64,000 nt of DNA from Marsupella aquatica (Eukaryota; Plantae; Marchantiophyta): positions 14,663,037 through 14,727,036 of the forward strand of contig OZ316891.1 in the NCBI GenBank assembly GCA_973895155.1, given 5' to 3'. A program made the translations under genes and the position numbers. Positions 1 to 12,098 of the stretch are shown here, piece by piece. Position 1 is the stretch's first letter; each line of letters opens with the position of its first letter. The notes beneath the pieces were generated by a model. That model had not been told where the DNA came from, did not search any database, and worked only from the letters and a program-made list of their open reading frames with translations.

Positions 1-145
1 AATTGCCTGTAGTCAGAAATCAAACTGTAAATGACACTTTGTTTTGCCAGAGGCCTTTTTGAATGAATCTCCTAGGCTAATCTGCTTCCTAATCACAGGA
101 CTTTCAGGAACTTAGTTGCAAAAATAGAGCTACCGTCAGACCTAC

Positions 146-3100
146 CTCAGCAGCAGATGACTTTCCTGTGCCATGAGGACCCCAGAATAGGCATGCTGTG
201 CCTAGCCTCTCTTGTTGGAAACCCCATTGTCCCAAAAGCACAGCTCTTGCCTTCTCAAAAGTGATTATGGCATCCATCTTCTCCCTCATACCCGCGGTTA
301 ATATCAGTTCATCCATACCAGTTTTCGGCACGACGCGATGGGTAAACGTCTTCATCTGACAATACAAACGATTTACCTCAATTTATCACGAACTCCATAT
401 TATGAGTAAACGTCTTCAGACTAAGGTAGGAGCGTCAGTGGGAAGTTGAGGGTGACTTACTCAACAGTAAAAGGAGCGATAGCGATACTAAGACAGCCTA
501 CCCAATGTAAATTTAGACGAATATGGGGAAAATTGATAATTGAGCCGAGTTGATAGCTATATTGGCTTGTTAAGACCATACCTGCAAGCTACCCCGCATT
601 TGGAGACGGCAGCCATTCACAATGTCCTCCTCTGAAATTGTTGGATTCAAACTATCACGCGAAATTGCTGTTAAGAGTGCGCTTACTAGAGCATTTTTTA
701 TATACCCTCCCGTTAACTCATACCTGCGCAGTCCAGAGGATATAACCAATCAACACTGACGACACGTCTCATCATGATGCTCAGAATGTTGGCACGTAGG
801 TTCTCTACAGTACAGAATTTCCAGGTACGAACGAAAAGAACCGATGAATAATAGTACCGGAGGGCAATCTTATCCCAATCGACGTTGTCAATGACAGGCA
901 GGCGCTCGGATGCCAGTTTCCAGATTGTCCGTCGTTGAGTATGATCTGGTGGATGAAATTCACTGACACATCTGCAAATAGTTCATACAATGGAGCAAAA
1001 TCATACATGGCGGCTTCAAAATTCTGGAAAACAACAACCTTAATTATTAACTGACAGACACGGGTGCCAAATAAGAAAGATATCGCAAGAAAAGTACTCA
1101 GCACTAGACATACGTGATGCGCCTATGCATGGCCTCATCGAGATCTAGTGGCCTGTTTGTAGCAAGCATGATAATTCCTTCATGCCTTTCCATCTCGGTC
1201 AATAAGGAGTTCAAAATCCTGTCTCCGCCGCGTTCCCTCTGTGCTCTCACATTTACAAAAACAAAAGTTATCGTTATATGCTCGCTTTACTGATGAAAGA
1301 GATCTGGTGACAAGATATCAGGCCACAAAATTGTTGGAGACAAATATCCATGCACTTGGAGGGACCCGAAGATATGCAACAACAACAAGCTCAAAAATGA
1401 TGTAAAGAATTTTGCTATCGTTCTTTCAGAAAATAGTACACATGCTGCAAGCAAGGTTTCACCTGTGCAAATATTGCTTCACACTCATCAAAGAAAATGA
1501 TGGCATCATTCATGTCTGCATCCCTGAAGAGGCTTCTAAGATCCGCTGAATGATCATCGCGGCTACTTCCTCCACTAGCAGCATGAAGAGAATGGAAGTC
1601 AACTAACAGTACTCGTTTTCCTGCAAAAGATAGAACCACGTGAGTGGCGATTCGAAAATATTATGAAAGAGAGCATCCTCTACCCAACTTCTATACGCTA
1701 CCACAGGGTATGTATAAGACAAAGAATAATACAGCTATAGCAAAGGTACTCTCTGTGATGGCGTGTTTCAAGAATCAGTTGGTAAAGGTTCCCCACGACA
1801 GCACAACCCCAAAGAAACCATCGCTACTGTAAATCTCAAAGCTTCTGATAGTCATCACATACCAAGATGGTGTGCCACGGCATTGACAGTCATCGTCTTT
1901 CCTGTACCAGATGCCCCACATAAAAGAATAACCAATCCTGCCCCATAGCTCATCACGTCCTCCAGTCCTGCACGTTTTCTGTACTGCCGGAACTTTGCAA
2001 AATTTTCTACTGTTTTCAGCAAAGTATCTTTTTGATCTTCCGGAAGAACTACCTGCTCCATAGGAATCTGGTACCATCCAAATCTAATACAGAATCAATA
2101 CTCAAGTGCAATTTCCGACGTAGTGCTACTTATGAAAAAACAACCTTTCATGAATATGGCAGTAATAAATACGCGTAAAGACTACTACCAAAAATGCAGC
2201 TGCAGGAGAAAGTGAATTTGAGTGAATTATGCCAGCTGGGGGCTGACCTTCGGTTTGTACAAATGACTGCCCTCGACAAGCTCATTCATCTCGGTATCGA
2301 GGCCAACTATCCAGTCCAACATGCGCCTATCTAGCTCAACATGTTGGTCCATAAGATCTCCACCTCCTCCTCGCGCATACGGTGTGGCGCGCAACTTAAT
2401 TAGACCTCTCGCAACCAAGCGGCTCGACTTGTAGAAGTACGTTCGAGCTAAAACCTGTCATTTGAAAAACAGTCCTCAATTTCCTCGATTCTGATCAATA
2501 ACGAGGAAACACAGAAATCCCATCCGGGATCTAGACAAGATGGTAGATAATATCATCGATACCATCTACAGCTAGGAAACGTTTTGCCATCAGAATTCAG
2601 GCTAGTTGTCTCCACTAAGAAATTGCACAACTATCCAAAATAACTTTACATAATTCACGGGGTGAAATACCTGCTCCTTGAACGAATCAAAGTAGACAGT
2701 CAAGATATCCTTCACCTAAAGAGCACAAGAAAGTTGAATTAAATATCGAGAGATGTCCATGTCAACACCCATCTACGTCCAGTCAAGTACCAATAACCCT
2801 TATGTAAATACTGGGAGCACTGAACATCTTGATAGCCTGTGTTTCTCACCGGTACCTCCCATGATGAAGATTGACAAAGGTAGAGAGGCAAAGTAAATAG
2901 AAAGCCCGAAAATCCTTTAGTATTGAGACGGGCAGGGCGTTCAATCATTCAAAAGGAGGAAAAGTGTAGAGTGCAATCATCCGGACCGATTAAAACGACT
3001 AAGAAGATTCTAAACAATTCTAAACAATAATTTGGACATAAATAAAGGTTAGAAACATCATATGCTGAGGGTCACACATACTTGTATGGCCTCACTGCTA

Positions 3101-6100
3101 TGTCGATAGCCACCGTCACCGCTATCAGCTTCAAATATGCTCTTGACCACCGGTGATATTGACACTCCTGAAGGTGCTCGCCCAGGTCAGCTACACCAAA
3201 TAAAGTATTCAAAACAGACTCTATTTACTGTGTAGAATATGCTTAGCTCTTTGGGCACTACCGTGCATCCTTGGGTGGAGGGAGCCAAGACACCACATAA
3301 CAAAACAAATGCATAATCCTACACAGAGAGCTGAGTAAGCACCTGTGAGCATAATGACAACTCCCTTTTCAAATTCATCCAAGCCAAGTTTGCGCGCCAG
3401 GGCCTGTGATACACATCGATAATTCATGGTCAAAAATCAGCAGTGTCAGCTAACGAGCTCACCGTGAAGAAGAAAATCCAGAGGGGAACACCCAGAACAC
3501 TATGAAGCCTTACTTTACTAGGGAGTAAACTACTTCAATGCCACAGATGTTACAGAACACCCCATGTCGCCATCAGAGACATTGCGCAAGCGATAATAAA
3601 ACGGCAATGCATACCTCGAGGCGAGGGAACTGAGAGGAGCCATCTTTACAGGCTTCTTCTGTCAACTTCATCCTTTCCTTCAGCCGATTTCGCACAAATC
3701 TAAGCTTGGCCCTTAGCTCTCGTATACTAGATACCTGCAAGCGGAAGAAAACCGTCCGCATAAGGTCTTTCCTACCCCGTACAATGCGACCCAAAAAGCT
3801 CTCAAGTATGTGCTGTGACAATATGCAATCTTATGAACCAATTCTGCCAACAGTCTCGCAAGAATTAACCGTTATTAACAGAAGTTATCACCGCCATGTG
3901 CTCTTGATGTTATCTGCTACTTAGAAATAACCTACCTTAGTTGAGCGATAGGCATCATACCAAGGACGCTCATCATTGAAAGCCTCTTTCATGTCCTCTT
4001 TGTGTCGAGCTTTAGCGATGCGAAGCATTAATGCCAGTACTTGGAAGCCATCATCCAAATATTCCAAGCTAGACGTGTATGCAGACAGCTCCCCTCTTTT
4101 GACATCCTCCTCTGATGAAACTGTGGTATTAGCTAGTCCCCCGTTGATGACAATCTCCGTACCATTTGTCACATCAGCTTCTGAGCTTCCGGCATCTCCT
4201 GACAACGTAGCTCGCTTGTGAAGAGGTCCCATGGATGCCTTGACAATTTCATCCATGCGCCCCACTTGAGCTGCAACATCATCTAAAACCAGATCATCGT
4301 CGTCTTCAAATTTCCTCTTATGACCTTGAATAGCTTCTCCCTTGCCTTCCAAAACCTTCAGGAGACCTTTCTCCAGCAAACTTGATTGTAGGTTGTCCTC
4401 GCCAGCAATAATTGACAAAGCTGAAGCATCAGTTTCCATCGCAGCTCCATCTGTGTTGCTCTCTGCCTACAGACAGCACAATTTTATCTCAGGAAAATAA
4501 CCAGACCCAAGGAAAAACGAAGGAGACAAGGTTTTTCGTAGATATGAAATGGGCTTTCCCCACTTACTCCCACGTTTCTCACATTAGAGGCTTCCATTAC
4601 ATTCAGCAATTCTGTTTTGCTGAACTTCAGTCGTTGCTCTGTCTTTAATGGCCTGAGAAGAAGAACGGACACTGCTTCATTGGTCATTCGGATGGTCTTG
4701 CCGTCGTAGTCATCCTGCAGAGAACAAGAAGTTAAGGCTAGCCATATAATAATCTGGACAGAATTGGATTTTTAAATCTTAAATAGAGCGAAAACGAACC
4801 TTGACCCGCACTGGACCGCAGTTGCAACGAGATCTCTTTGAAACTCAAACTATATATGTATAGGCTAAGAAAGGATGTCGGCGAATTCCAACCATATAAA
4901 GTCACCTGTCCCACAATAATGCCTTCTGTCATGTGTGTTCTTTTGTCGTCCAAAAAATCTTCAACTTCGAGAAGACTCATTCCGCAAAGCTCCATAGCCA
5001 TCTCTTTGTCTTCTTGCCTGACTCCTACAGATACGGACCTGGATATTATAGCTTTGACATATAAAGGGTTGATAGAAATCAAACGGTTGTATCACAAAAA
5101 TTCCAGACAAAATATTCAAAGATTTGAAAATACCTAGAACGGCTCGAACCGCAGCAGCCTTTGAAGCACCACGCATGAACAGGAGCTGGAAAAAGTCAGA
5201 TTCGCCTGTAGTTAATCCATAACGGCTGGCAAGCCGAAGAACCAAAGGGTGCAAACTAGGATCGCTTCCTTTGAGGCGAGCTTGGGCTAAGCCTTCAATC
5301 TTCTCGAGGAGCTCATCAACAACACAAAGTGCTTCTTTCCTGCATCAATGAAAACAAGTTCAGTGCCTGAACACTAATGTAACCAACTTCTTTCACGCTC
5401 GACAGCAGATCTCCGAAGAGGTGGGCAGTAAGCAACGAGTGAAAGCTTAGTAAATTGTTCGCTTCACTTGCAATAAGGAGTTAACCCTAAACAGGTATTT
5501 ATTGCGCTGAACGATTCGGTACCATACCGCAAGGACATGTGAAACTAGCGAAACCATCCATGGTCCTGCAGGAGCTCAAGCTAACATTGTAGAGTTAGCT
5601 CGCATGATTGCTGTCTCTTCGAATCAGTCAGAGGTACATACGCAGATAATTACATTTTAGACACTACATACTCTCGAATATGCTTTCATTAAGGCAGCTG
5701 CAGTTTCACATTGCAACCTGGCAATGATCACCTTTCTGAACAACAATACCAATAATCGGGCAAAAGAACTTCAACAATAGAGCAGGAGTCAACTTCAACA
5801 AGTCCAGAAGGGATTGGGGTAACCGAGACTAAAAGCAACATACGCGACAGAAATCTGAGCGGAGTTGACTACTTCAGCTGCACCTCCACCGATGTAGCGC
5901 CCAATTGCTCGTAGCAGCTCCATTTTATGGGCCCGCAACAGAAACTTCAGTTCTAAGTGAGAAAGCCATTCGGCCTCTTCAAAAGCTGCCGCTGATGGCT
6001 GGATCCCAGGAACACTATTTTGGGACTCTGAATCAGCACGGGGTGATACCTGCACCATGGGCAGGGCACAAATATTGAGGACGTCTACACCCAATGTCTG

Positions 6101-6383
6101 TTAAAAAATCTAAATAGGATTCGAGAAGTTAGACAAGCGTCGTGTAGGTCAACAACGACTATGACGAAAGGATCTCTGTAGTCATAAAATCAAGTGTACA
6201 TTGACCCAATTAACGGCACTAAGCTGCAAGGATTCGAGGCACCAGACTTATCATAGCAATTACCTCAGAGTGCGTTTGGGCGGCAGCCAACTCCCCGGCA
6301 AACTCTCGAAGCAGCAACATCACATCTGCCCGAATGCGCTCAGGATCCAGCGGCGGAGGAGGATTTCCCATTACAGCTGACAT
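146..6383 (-). CDS. Multi-exon tandem AAA+ ATPase, Afp15/Pvc15-like; 3' end lies beyond the left edge of the window
   Basis: Manual splicing at GT-AG sites gives a continuous frame from ATG 6383 (MSAVMGNPPPP...) through about 16 exons. AAA module 1 has Walker A GASGTGKT, Walker B IIFFDE, then MLATNRPLDLDEAMHRRI and YELTGGYIKNA. AAA module 2 begins RVVPKTGMDELIL...QWGF...LFWGPHGTGKS, with a donor at 145. A probable 5'-UTR intron spans about 6433-6709. Confidence 0.88.
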
Positions 6384-7280
6384 GTTGACGCCTCAACAAG
6401 ACGAAAATAAATACCCTACTGCGGATCGTGACCTGCAGCAGAAGTGCTAATCCTTAGCGAAATAAGCAGAGCCCAACAACGACTTTCGAAACCCAGTTCC
6501 GGAATAAAACATTCAGATTCAGTGAGACACGGCAAGACCTCTGGAGGTTCGTTCCTCTAAGTCCCAAACCAGGAACAGAAACACCGGCCGAAAAAATACA
6601 TTTACAGGGTAGGATCAAGCAAAGGTTATATAAGACCGATTTTCGTCGATTCAACCATCACCGACCCGCAGGTTGAGAGCGGCACGTGATGTACGTAGGT
6701 CACGGTCACCTAAATGAGAAGATACAACAGTCGAATGGCGGAAAATTCAATTTGAAAACATGCCAGCCCCAAGGATGGAAAAGATTTGAGGATTCTAATG
6801 ACAGGAGACCACTCACAACATAGAAAATCGCCCCAATTCGAGAGGATTTCGGAGCTCGACGGCCAGGAAAGAAAAACAAGCACGCGGCCGGGCCAGTTAA
6901 CCACTGCTCCGGGGTCTGAAATCGACTGTGCCCGTGTCCCGACAACCACTACCTCACTCTCCTTTCCCCGCCGGCGCTTTTCGATCTCTTTTTCAAAGCT
7001 TTCCAGTTCCGCGACCGTGCTGCTAGAGAATGCAAGTCTCACCAAATACCAGATCAGACCAAACCAGTTTCAGAACGGGCGTTCCGGGGAGGAGGATTTG
7101 AGGAGTGGAGCGAACGAAGCCAATTCCGATTCAAAAGTACGAAAAACAAACGACATTACTACTACTGTACCACTGAGGTGTCGCGTCCCGCTTCAGCTGC
7201 GTTTTCCACGCTGCCGCGGTTTCGCATCGACAGCAGCTCTCTCTCTACCAGTGTCATGTGTATCCGTATGGATCGGGAAA

Positions 7281-7289
7281 AACCCTAAG
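7281..7289. promoter_or_regulatory. Telo-box (AAACCCTAA) upstream of the AAA ATPase gene
   Basis: Exact AAACCCTAA about 0.9 kb upstream of the ATG, near the likely transcription start; function not shown. Confidence 0.3.
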
Positions 7290-7649
7290 AGGGAAGGTTC
7301 CATGAACTGGACGCCAGTCTGTACCTTCGATGGCAAGTGTCGGGAGGACACGTGGTGCCTCCTTCCCAGGTTTTTCATTTGTTTGGTCGGGCACGAAAAT
7401 GAGGAACAACACTACTGTAGTAGTCCTTCCCGACCTATGAATATAACACTGCCCAAAGGCAAAAAATGCCAAACTGGGAGACATGATACCAAAGGCAAAG
7501 CAACCCAACCCAATGAAGGGGAGGAAAAGACGGGAAAGGGTCCCAAGAAAAACAAGGCAAGGGGTCCCCAACCAAAAGCAAACAAGGGAACAAGGAACAA
7601 AAAGTAACCTACAAAGGAGCCCTGAGATTCATGCATGGAGCCCCCAGTG

Positions 7650-7845
7650 ATTGACCTGCACTAGGAGGGAAAGAAGATTAAAGCTGGGGACAAAGTGGAC
7701 AACCAGTAGATAATCAGAACTCCCATCCCTACTCACCCCATCCACACACCTATACCTTCCACACCCCTTTGTGTGGAGGGGGGATTGAACCTGGTCCTTT
7801 AAGTTCAAGGCTCGTCCCCTGGCCAACTAACCTAAGCCAGTTGGT
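7650..7845 (-). mobile_element. tRNA-derived SINE-like element
   Basis: Minus strand reads TTAGTTGGCCAGGGG...GGTTCAATCCCCCCTCCACACAAAGGGGTGTG (A-box and B-box-like). It is clearly related to the plus-strand copy at about 42776-42900. Confidence 0.5.
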
Positions 7846-8216
7846 TACCAGTGTTTTTTTAAGGCACTTGCCTAAAGTATAGGATAATGGAGGCTTGGTA
7901 TGAGGTTACTAATTTGTACCACTCTGACTAGAAAGTGAACAAAACTTGAAGAAACCCAACGGGCAGAGCACCCAGGGAAAGTTTCTGAGCTTTCTTGGAG
8001 CATTCAGGCAAAAATGCTTGCCCAAACCTCCATATAGTATGTAAATTTCTGTTCAAATTTTATTTTAGGGTTTGGGTAAGAGATTATGCAAATAGTAGGT
8101 ACCTCCAAAAATGATACACCACCCATAACCTGCATAAATTTTGTATATATATTGTCTTCCCCCCATGAAAGTGTTATCTTACTAGTAAACGATCAAAACC
8201 TACTGTTTAGGGCTAT

Positions 8217-8366
8217 GGTCTAGAGTGAAGCCTCTAGACTCTGACTCTAGTGACCAAAACTTGGGGTGGGGGTGGAAAATGACAAGGGAGCGGTGGGGTG
8301 AGTCTGCACAGTGAAAGATTGAATGCAAGGCTAAACGCGCTATGGTCTAGAGTGAAGCCTCTAGAC
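8217..8366. repeat. Two copies of the hairpin GGTCTAGAG-TGAAGC-CTCTAGAC within a ~127-bp tandem duplication
   Basis: Copies at 8217-8239 and 8344-8366; a reverse-complement copy lies at 43957-43980. Confidence 0.8.
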
Positions 8367-9785
8367 AGTGACTCTTTGGGGTGGTGGTGGAAAATGACAA
8401 GGGGGGTGGTGGGATGAGTACCCACAATGACTAAAGATTGAATGCAAGTCTGTGCACTAGATGGATTGAATGCAAGTAGTTGAATATCATGGAGGTAGGT
8501 ATTGACATTCAACTAGGAAATTGAGGAGTAGCTGGTGCTAAGGAGCTTGCAATGGAGTTGTGTGATGTAGCTGGTGACCTGGGGAATGCATGAGAAATGC
8601 ACTTTTTGGTCCTCACCTTATTCAGGTTCAAAGAACAGGTATTTGTGCTAGTGTGTTTGTCTCAATTTGTTTTTAGGAGACTATTGTATTCCCACAATCA
8701 AAGCGTTATGTGTTTCAAGAAAATTGTTAAAATTTGGTTAACAGCTGCTTTTTAACACAATATCTTGGTGTTGTGTTCAAGTTGAATGTTGTGATGAGTG
8801 TAATTCACTTCGACTGAATCCCCTTCTAAGGCATTCAATTCAATTCAACTCAACTTAATTCAAATGCCACTCAAGCACAATCTCCATTTTCAAACACAAC
8901 ACCACAAGTATTTCTACACTAACACTGAATGATGGACTAGGCATGACCACCGAGACAAAACTAAGTGAATCAACACAGATGATGGGATCTTCATCATATA
9001 CAACAGACTTTGCACAACTATCTTTAGTAACTATCTTTCACACCAGGTACTTATCATGAAAACAAGACCTGGCACATTCGGGCAGTGGTCAGCACTCACA
9101 GGCTAATCAATATGTTTATGCATTAGTTAGCCTTGAGGCAAGCTTTTGCACTCCATAATGTTAATCCTGGGACAATAATTCAAGCAAATAACTTTCTGAT
9201 TTCCATTCTACTTCACACCACGTGCCTTTGCGTGCCTCATCAATGTACCAGCCTTTTCTGTTACATACTCCCTCCTTGAATGTGCCAACTTCATTTTGCA
9301 ACACGAGCCCGAATGCCCATTCTTCGAATGTGAATAGAAATGATGACAAAATTCATCATGCATGGTCATCTTTTTTGACATACACAACATCACATAGTTC
9401 TTTTCATTGGCATGAATTTGATTCATAACATCACATAGTTCTTTCCATGGGCATGAATTTGGTGGGGTTCTAAGGGTTACTATCTAGAAGCTTGGTCTAG
9501 AAGCCTAGATCCCAACTCTAGCTCCTGATTTATTAGAAAGATTAGTAGTAGTATTAGCCCCATATCCCATTCTCGAATGAATAGAGATGAAGACAAATAA
9601 AAATATTGCAACAAAAAAAAGAATTGTATGCTATGCTATGTCCTGTATATCTCCCTCATCTTGGGTTTTTGGTCACCTTCAATTTCTTATTATTTAGAGT
9701 CCATTTTTGTTCGTTATATTTCTGAAGCCAATTTTGTCCCTATTTGGAGTTAGTGTCTACTGTAGCTTATGTTTGTAATTTATTA

Positions 9786-10578
9786 GTACTTCCAGAAGCT
9801 GTAAACGCCCCAGCGTCATCAACCTCTCGGCGTACTTCTTCCAAGTGAATCTGTGGTGAAGATGGATCCAGAATCAGGGTGATTGAAAGAGAGTCATGTT
9901 AGGTTTAGGCTATACAGATCTGTAGTGAGCTCCTTGATGTAATATGAAAATTAGCCACGAGTCAGAGGAGGCAGCTTAATAACAAGACTTCAACGGTTCA
10001 AAGAGACGAATTCACTGGCTAGACTTAAATTAGCGTGAATTTTCGCGACGAGAGCTTTAATTCCACAGACGAGATTTCAATTTTGTTGTGAGCATTCAAG
10101 ATTCAGCGATAGGGCTTTCGATTGTAGCGAAGAGAAAAATCCGGGAAAGAGATTTTGTTAATTCAAGCGAGATTTCAACTCTGCGGCTAGTCTTCAAATT
10201 CAGCAAGGGGGCTTTCGATGAAGTTTTCGATTCAGGGGAAGAGAACAATCCAGGGACGACATTTCGCATCGAGATAATTATGGTAATGCGTACTCAGTTG
10301 GAACTCTGTACTCTGGGATTCTTTCGTCCAACATCGGCTCCATTTGTAAGCTGAGCTGATGGACACAGAGCTCGAGTCCAGCTTCTGAGACAGTCTTCCA
10401 GTAGTTCTCCCCTTTCAGGCAGCGCTCAAAGAAGTCGACTACCGTCTGGATCGATGTGGAATCCTGATTTCTTATCTTCGATGATCTCTGCCGGTCCTCC
10501 GTGGCGGGTCGCGAACGTTGGTAACTCGCACACCGTTGCCTCCACCACAGTCAACCCAAAGCCCTCGTATACGGCTCG
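9786..10578 (-). pseudogene. SUS: Sucrose synthase (GT4) pseudogene fragment, two exon remnants
   Basis: 10578-10370 translates as [44 protein letters not shown] / (deletion and frameshift) [24 protein letters not shown]. 9850-9786 translates as FTWKKYAERLMTL / GVYSFWKY (frameshift). These match the SuSy motifs [33 protein letters not shown]...SGFHIDP and [22 protein letters not shown]. Both remnants start at CAG acceptors. Confidence 0.9.
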
Positions 10579-11009
10579 CTGGAATATCATTCAAGTTGAA
10601 CTAACCACAGTGAAAAGAAAGAATGACACGTGAGCAGGGGCTCTATTTCCTCAGACTTGGCGACAAACATCTCCTCACGTACGAAAGAGAACAAATCTGT
10701 CTATGTGCGGTTCAATCAAGGAATTCGTGTGTCTGATATTTACAAGTATATTTTCTCAGGACCAAAGAATAGAGGCAAAAACGAGATGCATATGCGAGTG
10801 GCTGGAGTTCACTGTGTGAGGTCGTGGGGCCCAAACATACGTAGTAGATCCGAGCGGAGCTCCGTCAATACAAACCCTGGTCCAGCATGGCACCAAGAAA
10901 TCAAGTCCTTCGCGAACGCTTAAATTTCTCTGTTTTTCCATATACCTGTATTCGATCTATCTTTCATGTGTTTCTCCAAATAAATGTACCCGTATTATCG
11001 TGCTGACAT

Positions 11010-11430
11010 ATTCTAATTATTCAGGTAAGCAGGCATGGGGGTTCTGACAGGCAGGATACCTCTCGTCTGCAAGGAGAAGGCTTTGTGGTTAGACGACTGT
11101 ACAAATTCTAACTATTCAGGTAGGCAGTTATGGGTTCTGACAGGCAGGTATCTCTTTTCAGAACCTCTCCCCTGCAAGCAGGAGGCTTTTTGTTACACAA
11201 CTGTACCAATTGTCTTATCAAAATGTGACAGCAGTTGGATGACTCTTCTTGTAGATGCACTGTCAATTTAGTATTGATAGGAACCCTTCAGACAAATGAC
11301 TAGCTTATGACTTGTGAGTATGATCACATGCTACTGTAACTGGATGACTCTTCTCGTAGGTACACCGTAGATTTAGTATTGATGTGAACCCTTTAGAAGA
11401 ACGACTACATATGGCCTGTGAGACTGATCG
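11010..11430. repeat. Two adjacent degenerate tandem duplications (~95 bp and ~105 bp units)
   Basis: ATTCTAAxTATTCAGGTAxGCAG...GTTCTGACAGGCAGG occurs at about 11010 and 11105. TGGATGACTCTTCT...ATTTAGTATTGAT...GAACCCTT occurs at about 11236 and 11341. Confidence 0.7.
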
Positions 11431-12098
11431 ACCTTCTGTTCACCATTTTTTTCTAATGATAAGAGTGCCAATTAGACTCCCCTTGGGCACGCTTTGACAT
11501 GTCTCCCGAATGCTTAACAGTCTGTCTGGTTGCGTTTCCCTTAGAATAAACGGAAATTGGGCAATTGACTACTCTGTGATAAGCTTTCTGTGTAATGTCG
11601 TCGAAGACTGTTTCTGTTTTAGACTATGTAACCAAGACTTAAATGCACGAACCAACCCTGCACTAGATCGTCCAAACCGTATCAAGAAGAATGAGTTGAA
11701 GGAGTGCAACGTTTTCTCTGAAGTTACCTACTCCCATACCATGCATTTCTATAAACAGAAAAGATACTATTGCTAAGCATGACTAACATTACAATTATAA
11801 TGTAAATATTAATTAATTCCATATCCAAGTAAACTGTTTGTGGTGGGAAAAAGACTACTTATTAGTCAAAAAACACCACCTTGGAAGCCTAAAAGGTTGC
11901 CGATAGTGTCATGTGCAGGCTCATTTCAGACAGCCCTCAGCAAGTTACGGGATCCATGCAATCCTAGGAAAGAGCTAATTTAGTTCTAAAAGAAAATGCA
12001 CGGCAACCTGTGTCCTTAGTAGAGTGCATCATATATATCGAAGTTTGTTAGGACTAGCCAATCAGCGGCAGTCTACTCGAATTCACTGTCAGGCCAGC

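Noticed and set aside
6786-7607. 273-aa plus-strand ORF
   Set aside because: Non-ATG start, overlaps the promoter and 5' UTR of the minus-strand AAA gene and a purine-rich repeat; no recognisable domain.
10630-10923. ORF with faint C2-domain-like words (WGPN...NPGPAWHQE)
   Set aside because: Similarity is too weak and there is no supporting exon structure.
11341-11430. Possible C/D box snoRNA (TGGATGA...CTGA)
   Set aside because: The C box is imperfect, the sister copy lacks CTGA, and I recognised no terminal stem or rRNA guide.
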